A stretch of DNA of 64,000 nucleotides from positions 1,152,001 through 1,216,000 of the forward strand of contig OY762897.2 of assembly GCA_963666515.2 (NCBI GenBank), read 5' to 3'. The position numbers were made by a program, and so were the translations under genes. Below, in pieces: positions 10,085-19,311 of this stretch. Within the stretch, counting starts at the first letter, position 1. Each line of letters begins with the position of its first letter. The DNA comes from Candidatus Binatia bacterium (GTDB lineage Bacteria > Desulfobacterota > Binatia > UBA9968 > JAJDTQ01). The notes under the pieces were generated by a model. That model had not been told where the DNA came from. It saw only the letters and a program-made list of their open reading frames with translations, and ran no database searches.

Positions 10085-11527
10085 ATGCAATTCAATGACT
10101 GTCGCGAGTGGATCGACAAAGCGGATGCGATGGGAGAGCTCAAGACCCTGAAGGGCTGCGACTGGGATCTCGAGATCGGCGCCATCACCGAGATGGTGAT
10201 GCGCAGGGAAGACGGCCCGGCGGTGCTGTTCGACGAGATCAAGGACCACCCCAAGGGCTACCGCGTGCTGTCCAACTCGCTCAGCTCGCGCAAGCGTATC
10301 GGCTTGACGCTGAACCTGCCGCCGGGCGACAGCAAGATGGAGTTCGTCAACACGTGGCGCGAGCACTACAAGAACATCAAGCCCATCCCCGCCAAGGTGC
10401 TGAAGGACGGTCCGGTGTTCGAGAACGTCTTCGAGGACGGCAACATCGATCTGCTCAAATTCCCCACGCCCCGCTGGCACGAGCGGGACGGCGGCCGATA
10501 CATCGGCACCGGAAGCATCGACATCACCGCGGACCGGGACGAGGGCTGGACCAACTGGGGCACGTACCGGGTCATGGTCCACGACTCCGATACCGTGGGC
10601 TTCTACATCTCTCCGGGCAAGCACGGCCGCATACACCGGGACAAGTACCAGCAGACCGGCGAGTCCTTCAAGATGGCCATGTCCTTCGGCCACGACCCGC
10701 TGGTCTTCCTGGGCGGGAGCATCGAGGTGCCCTACGGGGTGCCCGAGTACGACTTCATCGGGGGTATCCGCGGAGAGCCCCTGGAAGTCGTCAAGGCGCC
10801 GTACTCGGGGCTGATGGTCCCCGCCAACGCCGAGATCGTCGTCGAAGGCGACGTCATCTTCGGCGAGGACCGGGTGGAGGGCCCGTTCGGCGAGTGGACC
10901 GGCTACTACGCCAGCGCCGAGCGGAACGAGCCCATCGTCAAGATCAAGCGCATGTACCACCGGAACGATCCCATCATCCTCGGCTCGCCTCCGGGAAGGC
11001 CCCCGGCCGAGCTGGGCTGGTACCGTTCGTATCTGCGCTCGGCGCTGATCTGGGACGAGATGGAAAAGGCCGGGGTGCCGGACGTGAAGGGCGTGTGGTT
11101 GATGGTGGCCGGCGGGAGCCGCCTGGTCATGGTCGTGTCCATCAAACAGCGTTATCCGGGCCATGCGCGCCAGGCCGCGGTGGTGGCCTCACAGTGCCAC
11201 GCCGGCGCCTACCTGGGCCGCTACGTCATCGTGGTGGACGACGACATCGACCCCTCCAACACGGACGACGTGATCTGGGCTATGGCGACGCGTTCGGACC
11301 CGGACGCCGACATCGACATCATCCGCCGCGCCTGGAGCGGACCCCTCGATCCCATTGTTCACCCCACGAAGAAGGGCTTCAATTCCCGCGCCATCATCGA
11401 CGCGTGCCGCCCGTACGAGTGGATGAGCGAGTTCCCGCCGGTGGCGGAATCGAGCCCGGAAGTGCTCGACGCCACCGCGAAGAAATGGGGCAAGGTGCTG
11501 TTCAGCAGCAACGGAGCCGGTTCGTAG
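10085..11527 (+). CDS. UbiD-family (prFMN-dependent) decarboxylase
   Basis: DGGRYIGT, GTYR, EGPFGEWTGYY, VIVVDDDIDP, IIDACRP; GGAGGT RBS. Confidence 0.9.
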   Translation: MQFNDCREWIDKADAMGELKTLKGCDWDLEIGAITEMVMRREDGPAVLFDEIKDHPKGYRVLSNSLSSRKRIGLTLNLPPGDSKMEFVNTWREHYKNIKPIPAKVLKDGPVFENVFEDGNIDLLKFPTPRWHERDGGRYIGTGSIDITADRDEGWTNWGTYRVMVHDSDTVGFYISPGKHGRIHRDKYQQTGESFKMAMSFGHDPLVFLGGSIEVPYGVPEYDFIGGIRGEPLEVVKAPYSGLMVPANAEIVVEGDVIFGEDRVEGPFGEWTGYYASAERNEPIVKIKRMYHRNDPIILGSPPGRPPAELGWYRSYLRSALIWDEMEKAGVPDVKGVWLMVAGGSRLVMVVSIKQRYPGHARQAAVVASQCHAGAYLGRYVIVVDDDIDPSNTDDVIWAMATRSDPDADIDIIRRAWSGPLDPIVHPTKKGFNSRAIIDACRPYEWMSEFPPVAESSPEVLDATAKKWGKVLFSSNGAGS

Positions 11528-11541
11528 CCGCGGGCGTCGTC

Positions 11542-12390
11542 CTACGGCTTCTCTCGAGGCGGCGGGTCCACCACGACGGTGCGGGGCCCGCCGCCTCTCT
11601 GTATGCGGAAGGTGTGCCGGCGCCCTTCCGGGGCGGCGAGAGCTTCTCCCAACTCGCCGGTGTTGCGGACGGGCCGGCCGTTCACGCCGGTGATCACGTC
11701 GCCGCGCCGGAACCCGTGCTCCGAAGCGGCGCTTTCGGGTTCCACGTGGGCCACCAGCACGCCCTCCCGCAGTTTCGTGTCGAAAAGCTTTCCCAGTTCG
11801 GCGGTGAGGTCCTGCACGTGCATTCCCATGAGGCGCGTGACGCCGCGGCGTTGCCGGAACGCCCGGCTGTGGAACTCGGCGCTCTTCCGCAGCACTTGGG
11901 GCGTGGCGTAGATGGGCGCGCCCGTGCGCAACGCAACGGCGATGGCGTCGCTGGGGCGCGAATCGACCGTGATCCGCCGCGGTCCCGCCCTGATGGCGAT
12001 GGCCGCGAAATAGGTGTTCTCCTTCAGTTCCGTAATGGTGACCCGTTCCGGCGCCGCGCCGAGACCGTCCAGGAGGTTGCGGATCAGGTCGTGCGTATTG
12101 GGCCGGGAGGAGTGTTTCCCCTCCAGCGCGCGGGCGATGGAGGATGCCTCGGCCGCGCCGATCCAGATGGGCAGCAGCTTTCCGGTGCCTTCGAGGATCA
12201 CCACCGGCGTCCGGCTGAAGGGATCGACCACGACCTGCCTCACCTTCATGAGGACGTCCTCGCCGGTCGCGGCGGCGCCGTGGAGGGGCAGCAGCAGGCA
12301 GGCTCCGAGCAGGAGGGCCGGGAGGGCCGGTCCGCGCGCGGCCGGAAAGCGGCCTCGCGGGACCGGGGGCGCCGGTCGCGCATCTTCCAT
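11542..12390 (-). CDS. Bifunctional-nuclease (DUF151) domain protein with predicted signal peptide and C-terminal PDZ domain
   Basis: LPIWIG..EA, RPNTHDL, DSRPSDAIAVALR (DUF151); GVLVAHVEPESAASEHGFRRGDVITGVNG (PDZ); hydrophobic ALLLGACLLLPLHGAAA. Confidence 0.8.
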   Translation of the reverse strand: MEDARPAPPVPRGRFPAARGPALPALLLGACLLLPLHGAAATGEDVLMKVRQVVVDPFSRTPVVILEGTGKLLPIWIGAAEASSIARALEGKHSSRPNTHDLIRNLLDGLGAAPERVTITELKENTYFAAIAIRAGPRRITVDSRPSDAIAVALRTGAPIYATPQVLRKSAEFHSRAFRQRRGVTRLMGMHVQDLTAELGKLFDTKLREGVLVAHVEPESAASEHGFRRGDVITGVNGRPVRNTGELGEALAAPEGRRHTFRIQRGGGPRTVVVDPPPREKP

Positions 12391-12397
12391 GGCGCCG

Positions 12398-12468
12398 ACC
12401 TTATCCAGCGCGGGTTCGGGGTGTCAACAGGCCGCGCGTTGACCCGGAGGAAACCCGCGGGTTAGTCT
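12398..12468. promoter_or_regulatory. Divergent sigma70-like promoters for the DUF151-PDZ gene (-) and mutL (+)
   Basis: Minus strand TTGACA-N18-TAAGGT, 7 nt before ATG 12390; plus strand TTGACC(12439)-N18-TAGTCT(12463). Confidence 0.5.
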
Positions 12469-12497
12469 CCGGGAATGGTTCCGGGAACGAGGACGCC

Positions 12498-14249
12498 ATG
12501 AAGATCGCGATGCTGCCGGACAACCTGATCGACCGCATCGCCGCCGGCGAAGTGGTGGAGCGGCCGGCGTCGGTGGTGAAGGAGCTGGTGGACAACGCGC
12601 TCGACGCCGGCGCCTCCGAGATCTCCGTCCTGGTGGAGGGCAACGGCACGTCTCTCATCAGGGTCAGCGACGACGGCGAGGGCGTGGCCGGCGAGGACGT
12701 CTCGCTGGCCTTCGAGCGGCACACCACCAGCAAGATCCGCAGCGAGGCGGATCTGGCGGAGATCGCCACCATGGGTTTCCGGGGGGAGGCCTTGCCCAGC
12801 ATCGCCTCGGTCGCGGCCGTGGAGATGGTGTCGCGTCCGGCGGCGCAGGAAACCGGCTGCCGTTACCGCGTCGAGAACGGACGCAAGGGCACTCCCGCGG
12901 CCGCTGGTTGTCCGGCCGGGACCACCGTGGAGGTGCGGGACCTGTTCTACCACGTTCCCGCCAGGCTCAAGTTCATGAAGTCTCCGCGCACGGAGATCCA
13001 GTACGTCAGCGACGTCGTCAACCGCACCGCGCTGGCCCATCCGTCCGTGCATTTCCGCCTGCATCACGGCGGCAAGAGGCTTGCGGACTACCCCGCCGCC
13101 AAGCAGCTCCGGGATCGGGTGCGGCAGGTCCTCGGCGACGCCGGCAGCGACCTGACGCCGTTCTCCCTCGACCGGGAGCACCTGCGCTGTGAGGGCTTCG
13201 CCAGCCAAGCGCCCAAGTCCTTCGGCAACTCCCGGTACATGACCACTTTCGTCAACGGCCGTTTCGTCCGGGACAAGTTGCTGAACCACGCCGTGCTGAA
13301 GGCTTACGAGACGTTGCTGATGAAGGGGCGCTACCCCGCGGTCGTCCTCTACCTGGAACTGCCTTACGGCCACGTGGACGTGAACGTCCACCCGGCCAAG
13401 ACCGAGGTGCGGTTCCGCCGGCAGTCCGATCTCTACGAGACGGTCCTGTCCGCGGTGCGGGGCGGTTTGAGGGCGGCGGCCCAGGGAAGCCCGCCGCCGA
13501 GCGGCCTGCCGGCGCCGCCGGAAGCCTGGCGCGGCGCCGGCGTCAGCGAACCCGCGGCGGAGTACCGCGCTTCGGCCGTCCACCCGGACCTGCCCCTGGA
13601 ACCGGTCCGCGCTCCTGCCGGCGCCGGATTCCGGGCCGGCGCGGAAGCGGCGCCGGCGGAGAGAGCGACTTTCGGGTCGTTGACCGTGGTCGGACAGGTG
13701 CTGGGCTGCTACATCCTTTGCCACGGCGACCCGGGCATGGTCCTCATCGACCAGCACGCGGCGCACGAGCGCATTGCGTTCCAGCGCATGCGCCAGGACC
13801 TCGAACGGGGCCGCATCGAAAGACAGGAGTTGTTGATGCCGCAGATCCTGGAGCTGCCCGTCACCGAGGCGGTGGTCCTGGAGGAGCGGCTCGGCGCCCT
13901 GGAGCGGGCCGGGTTCACCCTGGAGTCCTTCGGCCGGAACACCTTCTCGCTCAGGGCGGTGCCGGCCCTCCTCGCCGAAGGCGACTACCGCGACGCGGTG
14001 CGCGCCATGATCGGCGAGTTCGCCGAGACCGGCCGGTCCGCGGAGCTGCACCAGGGCTTTCAGGAGCGTCTCATGACCATCGCGTGCCACAGCGTGATCC
14101 GGGCCAGCCGCGTGCTCCAGAGGGAGGAGATGGAAGCGCTTCTCCGCCAGCTCGACGAGACCGAGTTCGCCACCCAGTGCCCCCACGGACGGCCGGTGAT
14201 GGTCCAGTTCAGCCGCGGCCAGTTGGAACGCATGTTCCGGCGCGCCTGA
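12498..14249 (+). CDS. mutL: DNA mismatch repair protein MutL (endonuclease type)
   Basis: IAAGEVVERPASVVKEL, GFRGEAL, DVNVHPAK, DQHAAHERI, CPHGRP. Confidence 0.96.
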   Translation: MKIAMLPDNLIDRIAAGEVVERPASVVKELVDNALDAGASEISVLVEGNGTSLIRVSDDGEGVAGEDVSLAFERHTTSKIRSEADLAEIATMGFRGEALPSIASVAAVEMVSRPAAQETGCRYRVENGRKGTPAAAGCPAGTTVEVRDLFYHVPARLKFMKSPRTEIQYVSDVVNRTALAHPSVHFRLHHGGKRLADYPAAKQLRDRVRQVLGDAGSDLTPFSLDREHLRCEGFASQAPKSFGNSRYMTTFVNGRFVRDKLLNHAVLKAYETLLMKGRYPAVVLYLELPYGHVDVNVHPAKTEVRFRRQSDLYETVLSAVRGGLRAAAQGSPPPSGLPAPPEAWRGAGVSEPAAEYRASAVHPDLPLEPVRAPAGAGFRAGAEAAPAERATFGSLTVVGQVLGCYILCHGDPGMVLIDQHAAHERIAFQRMRQDLERGRIERQELLMPQILELPVTEAVVLEERLGALERAGFTLESFGRNTFSLRAVPALLAEGDYRDAVRAMIGEFAETGRSAELHQGFQERLMTIACHSVIRASRVLQREEMEALLRQLDETEFATQCPHGRPVMVQFSRGQLERMFRRA

Positions 14250-14268
14250 CGGACCCCGGATCGGGATC

Positions 14269-15204
14269 ATGGCGGCCAGACCCAGGGTCATCCTGATGGT
14301 GGGCCCCACCGGCGTCGGCAAGACCGAAGCCGCGCTGGCCCTGGCGGAGCGGCTCGGCGCGGAGATCGTGAGCGCCGACTCGATGCAGGTGTACCGCTAC
14401 ATGGACATCGGCACCGCCAAGCCCACCGCGGCCCAACGGCGGCGCCGCCCGCACCACCTGCTCGACGTGGTGGATCCGGATCAGGACTTCAACGCCGCGC
14501 TGTACCGGGCGTGCGCCCTGGAAGCCCTGGAGGGGGTGTGGGCGCGGGGCCGCGCCGCGCTGGTGGCGGGCGGCACCGGCCTGTACGTGAAGGCGCTCAC
14601 TCGGGGCCTTTTCGCCGGCCCGGCGCGCGACCCGGCCCTGCGGGCCGATCTCGAGTGCGCCGCCGTCGATCACGGCCTGGGACACCTCTTCGAGCGCCTG
14701 AGACGGGTGGACCCGGAGGCCGCGGAGCGGATTCATCGCCGTGACCGCGTCCGCATCGTCCGGGCGCTGGAAGTGTTTCAGGGCACCGGAAAGCCGCTGA
14801 GCCGGTGGCAGCGTGAGCACGGGTTCGGCGACCGCTCCTTCGACGTGCTGGGGGTGGCGTTGGATCGGCCGCGCGCGGACCTGTACGAGCGCATCGACCG
14901 CCGTTGCCAGCGCATGATGACCGAGGGGTTGCTGGACGAGGTCCGGGACCTTCTCAGCCGGGGCTACGCACCGGCTCTGCGCAGCATGCAGAGCGTCGGC
15001 TACCGCCAGGCGGTTCAATGCCTCACGGGCCGCGTGAGCGAGAGGGAGGCGCTGTCGTCGATGCAGCAGGCCACGCGCCGGTTGGCAAAGCGTCAGCTCA
15101 CCTGGTTCCGGGCCGACCCGAGCCTCCGCTGGATGCACCCCGCCGGCATCGACGCCATCGACGAGCTGTGCCGCCGCTTTCTCGACGGCGCTTCAGTTGA
15201 CTAG
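14269..15204 (+). CDS. miaA: tRNA dimethylallyltransferase
   Basis: GPTGVGKT, SADSMQVYR.MDIGTAKP, GGTGLY, AKRQLTWFR. Confidence 0.96.
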   Translation: MAARPRVILMVGPTGVGKTEAALALAERLGAEIVSADSMQVYRYMDIGTAKPTAAQRRRRPHHLLDVVDPDQDFNAALYRACALEALEGVWARGRAALVAGGTGLYVKALTRGLFAGPARDPALRADLECAAVDHGLGHLFERLRRVDPEAAERIHRRDRVRIVRALEVFQGTGKPLSRWQREHGFGDRSFDVLGVALDRPRADLYERIDRRCQRMMTEGLLDEVRDLLSRGYAPALRSMQSVGYRQAVQCLTGRVSEREALSSMQQATRRLAKRQLTWFRADPSLRWMHPAGIDAIDELCRRFLDGASVD

Positions 15205-15231
15205 CCTCAGGTTTGATGTTAGCAGCCTGTG
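15197..15231 (+). promoter_or_regulatory. Putative promoter of the CoA-transferase/Mo-hydroxylase operon
   Basis: TTGACT-N17-TAGCAGCCTGTG; same layout as 29019-29053. Confidence 0.5.
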
Positions 15232-15234
15232 GAC

Positions 15235-16194
15235 ATGATGAAATCGGCCGATTTCGTCGAGGCCCGGCGGAGGCTCGAGGCCAAGCCCCAGTCCACCGGT
15301 GAAAAGCTCACCACCCTGTCCCATGCCGTCGAGAGGGTTCGGGACGGCGACCATATCGCCATAGGAGGGTGCCTCTTCTCGCGCAGCCCGTGGGCGGCCC
15401 TACTGGAGGTGTTGCGCCAGCAGAGACGCGGGCTGACCTTGTCACGCAACCTCATGTGCTACGAGGGCGAGCTGTTCATGGCGGCCAAGGCCGTGGACGG
15501 GCTGATGACGAGCTGGTTCGACATCGCCCTCCCCTGGGGCCTCTCCCTCAAGCTCCGCGAGGAGGTTGAAGCCGGACGGATACGTTTCGAGGAGTGGAGC
15601 CATCTGGGACTTGGACTTCGTTACCGCGCCGGGGCCATGGGCGTCCCGTTCCTGCCCACCCTGACCATGCTGGGGTCGGACCTGATGGGCGTGACCGATA
15701 CGAAGACCATGCAGTGCCCGTTCACGGGAGAGACGCTGTGCCTGGTGCCGGGCCTTTTCCCCGAGGTGGCGCTGCTCCACGTGCACCGGGCCGACCGCTT
15801 CGGCAATTGCCAGATCGACGGCTACCCGCACATGGACACGGACATCGCCAAGGCCGCGGCCACCGTGATCGTCACCGCGGAGGAGATCATCGACGAGGAG
15901 GAGGTCCGCCGACGGCCCGACCGCACCGTGATACCCGGGCTCGTGGTGGACGCGGTGGTGGAGGCCCCCTACGGGTCTTTCCCGCACGAATGCTACGGCC
16001 TGTACGAAGCCGACTTCGCCCACTTCGAGGCCTACACCGATGCCGTCAAGGCCCGCGGCACCGGCGCCGTCAACGACTATCTCGACCGCTACGTCTACGG
16101 CGTCTCCGGTCACGAGGAGTACCTGGCGTTGTTCGGCGACGAGGCGCTGGCGCGGCAGCGGCGGTGCGCCGAGGAGTTGCTGGGGCCGAGATGA
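15235..16194 (+). CDS. CoA-transferase subunit A (glutaconate CoA-transferase-like)
   Basis: IAIGG, YRAGAMGVPFLP, LHVHRADRFGN, VVEAPYGSFP. Confidence 0.85.
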   Translation: MMKSADFVEARRRLEAKPQSTGEKLTTLSHAVERVRDGDHIAIGGCLFSRSPWAALLEVLRQQRRGLTLSRNLMCYEGELFMAAKAVDGLMTSWFDIALPWGLSLKLREEVEAGRIRFEEWSHLGLGLRYRAGAMGVPFLPTLTMLGSDLMGVTDTKTMQCPFTGETLCLVPGLFPEVALLHVHRADRFGNCQIDGYPHMDTDIAKAAATVIVTAEEIIDEEEVRRRPDRTVIPGLVVDAVVEAPYGSFPHECYGLYEADFAHFEAYTDAVKARGTGAVNDYLDRYVYGVSGHEEYLALFGDEALARQRRCAEELLGPR

Positions 16195-16952
16195 ACTACT
16201 CCGCCACCGAGTTGCTGGCCGTGGTGGCCGCCCGCCAGCTCGCGGGCGTGAGTTCGGTGTTCGCCGGCGTGGGCGTGCCGCTCGTGTCCGCGGTGCTGGC
16301 GCAGAAAACCCGCGCGCCCCAGCTCGTCATCGTGGTGGAAGGCGGCAGCATGGGGCCGCAGATGGTGCCGGGGCGGTTGCCGTACTCCACCAACGAGATG
16401 CGCACGGCGCCCAGGGCGCAGATGCTGCCGGGCATCACCGACACGTTCCTGTTCGCCCAGAGAGGGTTCCTCGACGTGGGGTTCGTGGGCGGCGCGCAGA
16501 TCGACTGCCACGGCAACCTCAACTCCAGCGTCATCGGCAGCTACGAGCGCCCCAAGGTGCGGCTGCCGGGCAGCGGCGGCGCCAACGACATCATCTCGCT
16601 GTGCCGCAAGGTGATGGTGGTGACCATGCACGAGCGGCGCCGGTTCGTGCCCCGGGTGGACTTCATCACCAGTCCGGGATTCCTCGAGGGCGGGGACTCG
16701 CGCCGCAAGGCGGGCCTCGTGTTCGGCACCGTCAGCCGCATCGTGACCCATCTGGGCACGCTCGCGTTCGACGACGAGACCAGGCGGCTGCGGCTGGAGA
16801 GCCTCCATCCTGGCGTCACCGTTCAGGAAGTGCTGGACAATACGGGGTTCGAGCTGCCCGTGCCCGATGACGTGCCTGTGACCGAGCCGCCCAGCGAGGA
16901 AGAGTTGGAAACCCTGCGGAGCATCGACCCGGAGAGGAATTTTCTCGGTTAG
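16191..16952 (+). CDS. CoA-transferase subunit B
   Basis: VFAGVG, GGAQID..GNLNSS, RLPGSGGANDI, VDFITSPG, SLHPGVT. Confidence 0.87.
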   Translation: MNYSATELLAVVAARQLAGVSSVFAGVGVPLVSAVLAQKTRAPQLVIVVEGGSMGPQMVPGRLPYSTNEMRTAPRAQMLPGITDTFLFAQRGFLDVGFVGGAQIDCHGNLNSSVIGSYERPKVRLPGSGGANDIISLCRKVMVVTMHERRRFVPRVDFITSPGFLEGGDSRRKAGLVFGTVSRIVTHLGTLAFDDETRRLRLESLHPGVTVQEVLDNTGFELPVPDDVPVTEPPSEEELETLRSIDPERNFLG

Positions 16953-16980
16953 AGGGAAGAACACAAGGGAGCCTCATTTC

Positions 16981-17922
16981 ATGCCGGTACAGTTTGGAGT
17001 CGCCATTCGCAATTTCGTCGGTCCGGGCGAGACCCCGGACGTGGACGGGTTGATACGTTATTCCCGCCGCGCCGAGGAGCTGGGCTTCGAGTCGCTCTGG
17101 GCCTGGGACCACGTCCTCCTGGGGGTGGAACCGAGCTTCCCGGTGCTGGACTCGCTGACCATCCTCACGGCCATCGCCGCGCGCACCGAGCGCATCCGGC
17201 TGGGCACCGGGGTGATGGTGCTGCCGTTGCGCAACCCGGTGGTGACCGCCAAGGTGCTGGCCAGCCTGGACCAGATATCCAACGGGCGCCTGCTGCTGGG
17301 GGCGGCCTCGGGCTGGTACGCGCGGGAGTTCGACGCCGTCGGCATCTCCTTCAAGGACCGCGGCCGCATCTTCGAGCGCAACCTCGACCTGCTGGTGCGG
17401 CTGTGGACCGAGGACATGGTGACCGAGCAGGTGGACGAGCTGAACCTGCGGTCCGCGGTGCTCCTGCCCAAGCCGGTGCAGAAGCCCCATCCGCCCATCC
17501 TGATCGGAGGCTACATCAACCGCGTGCTGCGCCGCGCGGGTCAGAAGGGCGACGGCTGGCTCACTTACTTCTACACGCCGGAGGGTTTCTCCAAGAGCTG
17601 GGCCAGGGTCCTGGAGGCGGCGGAGAAGGCCGGGCGGGACCCGTCGAAGCTGACCGCCACCAACCAGCTCGCCATCTACGTGGGGCCCTCGAAAGAAGCG
17701 GCGGACGAGCCCATGCGCCACTGGCTGACCACCGAGTGGGACATCGCCAAGTGGAGCGACTCCACCATCGAGCACGCCATTCGCGGCACCGCGGACGAGT
17801 GCGTGGAGCAGCTCCAGGCCCACGTCGACGCCGGCGTCCACCGGATCATCCTGATCCCCTACCGGTACGAGCCGGAGCAGTTGGAGCTGATCGCCTCGGA
17901 GGTGATCCCCAGGCTGACCTGA
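16981..17922 (+). CDS. LLM-class flavin- or F420-dependent oxidoreductase
   Basis: AEELGFESLWAWDH, RIRLGTGV..LPLRNP...AK..ASLD..SNGR, PKPVQKPHPPILIGG. Confidence 0.9.
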   Translation: MPVQFGVAIRNFVGPGETPDVDGLIRYSRRAEELGFESLWAWDHVLLGVEPSFPVLDSLTILTAIAARTERIRLGTGVMVLPLRNPVVTAKVLASLDQISNGRLLLGAASGWYAREFDAVGISFKDRGRIFERNLDLLVRLWTEDMVTEQVDELNLRSAVLLPKPVQKPHPPILIGGYINRVLRRAGQKGDGWLTYFYTPEGFSKSWARVLEAAEKAGRDPSKLTATNQLAIYVGPSKEAADEPMRHWLTTEWDIAKWSDSTIEHAIRGTADECVEQLQAHVDAGVHRIILIPYRYEPEQLELIASEVIPRLT

Positions 17923-17935
17923 GGGGCGCGACGAC

Positions 17936-18835
17936 ATGCGGTTTGACTATTTCGAGCCGACGACGCTGGAGGAAGCCAGCGACCTGCTGCGGGAAGGGAA
18001 GGGCGCCCGCAAACCGCTTGCCGGCGGCACCGACATCGTCATACAGTTGCGCCGTCGCGCGGCCGGGGCCGAGGGTCTGGTGAACCTGAAGCGGATACCG
18101 GAGCTGTCAGGCTGGACCTGCGAACCCGGCGGCGGGCTTAGGCTCGGAGCCTGCACGCCCATGCGGGATCTGGAGACCTCGGCCGCGGTGGGCGAGCGGT
18201 TCCCCTCCATCGTCGAGGCGCTCCGGGTGGTGGGGTCGCTGCAGTTGAGGAACATCGCCAGCGTGGGCGGCAACCTGTGCAATGCCTCGCCGTCCGCGGA
18301 CACGGCGCCGCCGCTCATGGTCCTGGGGGCCGCGGCGAGCCTGCGGACCCCCGAAGCCCGGCGCGAGACCGTGCCGGTGGAGGGTTTCTTCGCAGGGCCG
18401 GGCGCGTCGGTGCTGGGCACGGGCGGGCTGCTGCTGGCGGTGGAGGTGCCGGAGCCGGCGCCGCGCTCGGGCGACGCCTTCGAGCGGTTCACGCCGCGCT
18501 CCGCCATGGACATCGCCATCGCCAGCGCCGCGGCCGCGGTGACGCTGGACGCGGCCGGTGGAAGGATCGAGGCGGTGCGCATCGCCCTGGGCGCGGTGGC
18601 GCCCACGCCGGTCCGGGCGTCCAAGGCCGAGGAGATGGTGCTGGGGAAGGAACCGGCCCCGAAACTCCTGGAGTGGGCCGGGGCCGCGGCCATGGAAGAA
18701 TGCCGCCCCATCGACGACATCCGCGGGTCCGCGGCCTACCGCAAGGAGCTGGTGCGGATCCTCGTTCAACGGGTATTGCGGCAGGCGGTGGAACGGGCCC
18801 GCGCCCGGGCAAACGGCGGGACGGAAACGGTATGA
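17936..18835 (+). CDS. Mo-hydroxylase (xanthine dehydrogenase family) FAD-binding subunit
   Basis: LAGGTD, QLRNIASVGGNLCNASPSAD, PIDDIRGSAAYR. Confidence 0.92.
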   Translation: MRFDYFEPTTLEEASDLLREGKGARKPLAGGTDIVIQLRRRAAGAEGLVNLKRIPELSGWTCEPGGGLRLGACTPMRDLETSAAVGERFPSIVEALRVVGSLQLRNIASVGGNLCNASPSADTAPPLMVLGAAASLRTPEARRETVPVEGFFAGPGASVLGTGGLLLAVEVPEPAPRSGDAFERFTPRSAMDIAIASAAAAVTLDAAGGRIEAVRIALGAVAPTPVRASKAEEMVLGKEPAPKLLEWAGAAAMEECRPIDDIRGSAAYRKELVRILVQRVLRQAVERARARANGGTETV

Positions 18836-19311
18836 AACAGCGTTACGCTCTGCGGGTGAACGGCGGCGTGAGGGAAACGGAGGCGGAGCCCCACGAGTCC
18901 CTGCTGGACGTGCTGCGGGAGAACCTTCGGCTGACCGGCAGCAAGAAGGGCTGCAACGAGGCCGAGTGCGGCTCGTGCACGGTGTTGCTCGACGGCCGGC
19001 CGGTGGTGTCGTGCCTGGTGCTGGTTCCGGATGCCGTGGACCGGGAGATCGTCACCATCGAAGCCCTGGCCGGGGACGGCACACCGCATCCGGTGCAGCG
19101 GCAGATGGTGGAGCAGGGGGGCGTGCAGTGCGGCTACTGCACGCCGGGCATGATCATGAGCGCCTACGCGCTTCTCCAGGAAAACCCGGATCCCACGGAC
19201 GAGGAGATCCGCTTCGCCATTTCCGGCAACATCTGCCGCTGCACGGGCTACGGCAAGATCGTGAAGGCCGTGCGCGCGGCCGCGGAAGAGATGGGGAACG
19301 AGGGAACATGA
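18832..19311 (+). CDS. Mo-hydroxylase 2[2Fe-2S] subunit
   Basis: GCNEAECGSCTV..SCL, QCGYCTPG, GNICRCTGY. Confidence 0.93.
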   Translation: MKQRYALRVNGGVRETEAEPHESLLDVLRENLRLTGSKKGCNEAECGSCTVLLDGRPVVSCLVLVPDAVDREIVTIEALAGDGTPHPVQRQMVEQGGVQCGYCTPGMIMSAYALLQENPDPTDEEIRFAISGNICRCTGYGKIVKAVRAAAEEMGNEGT

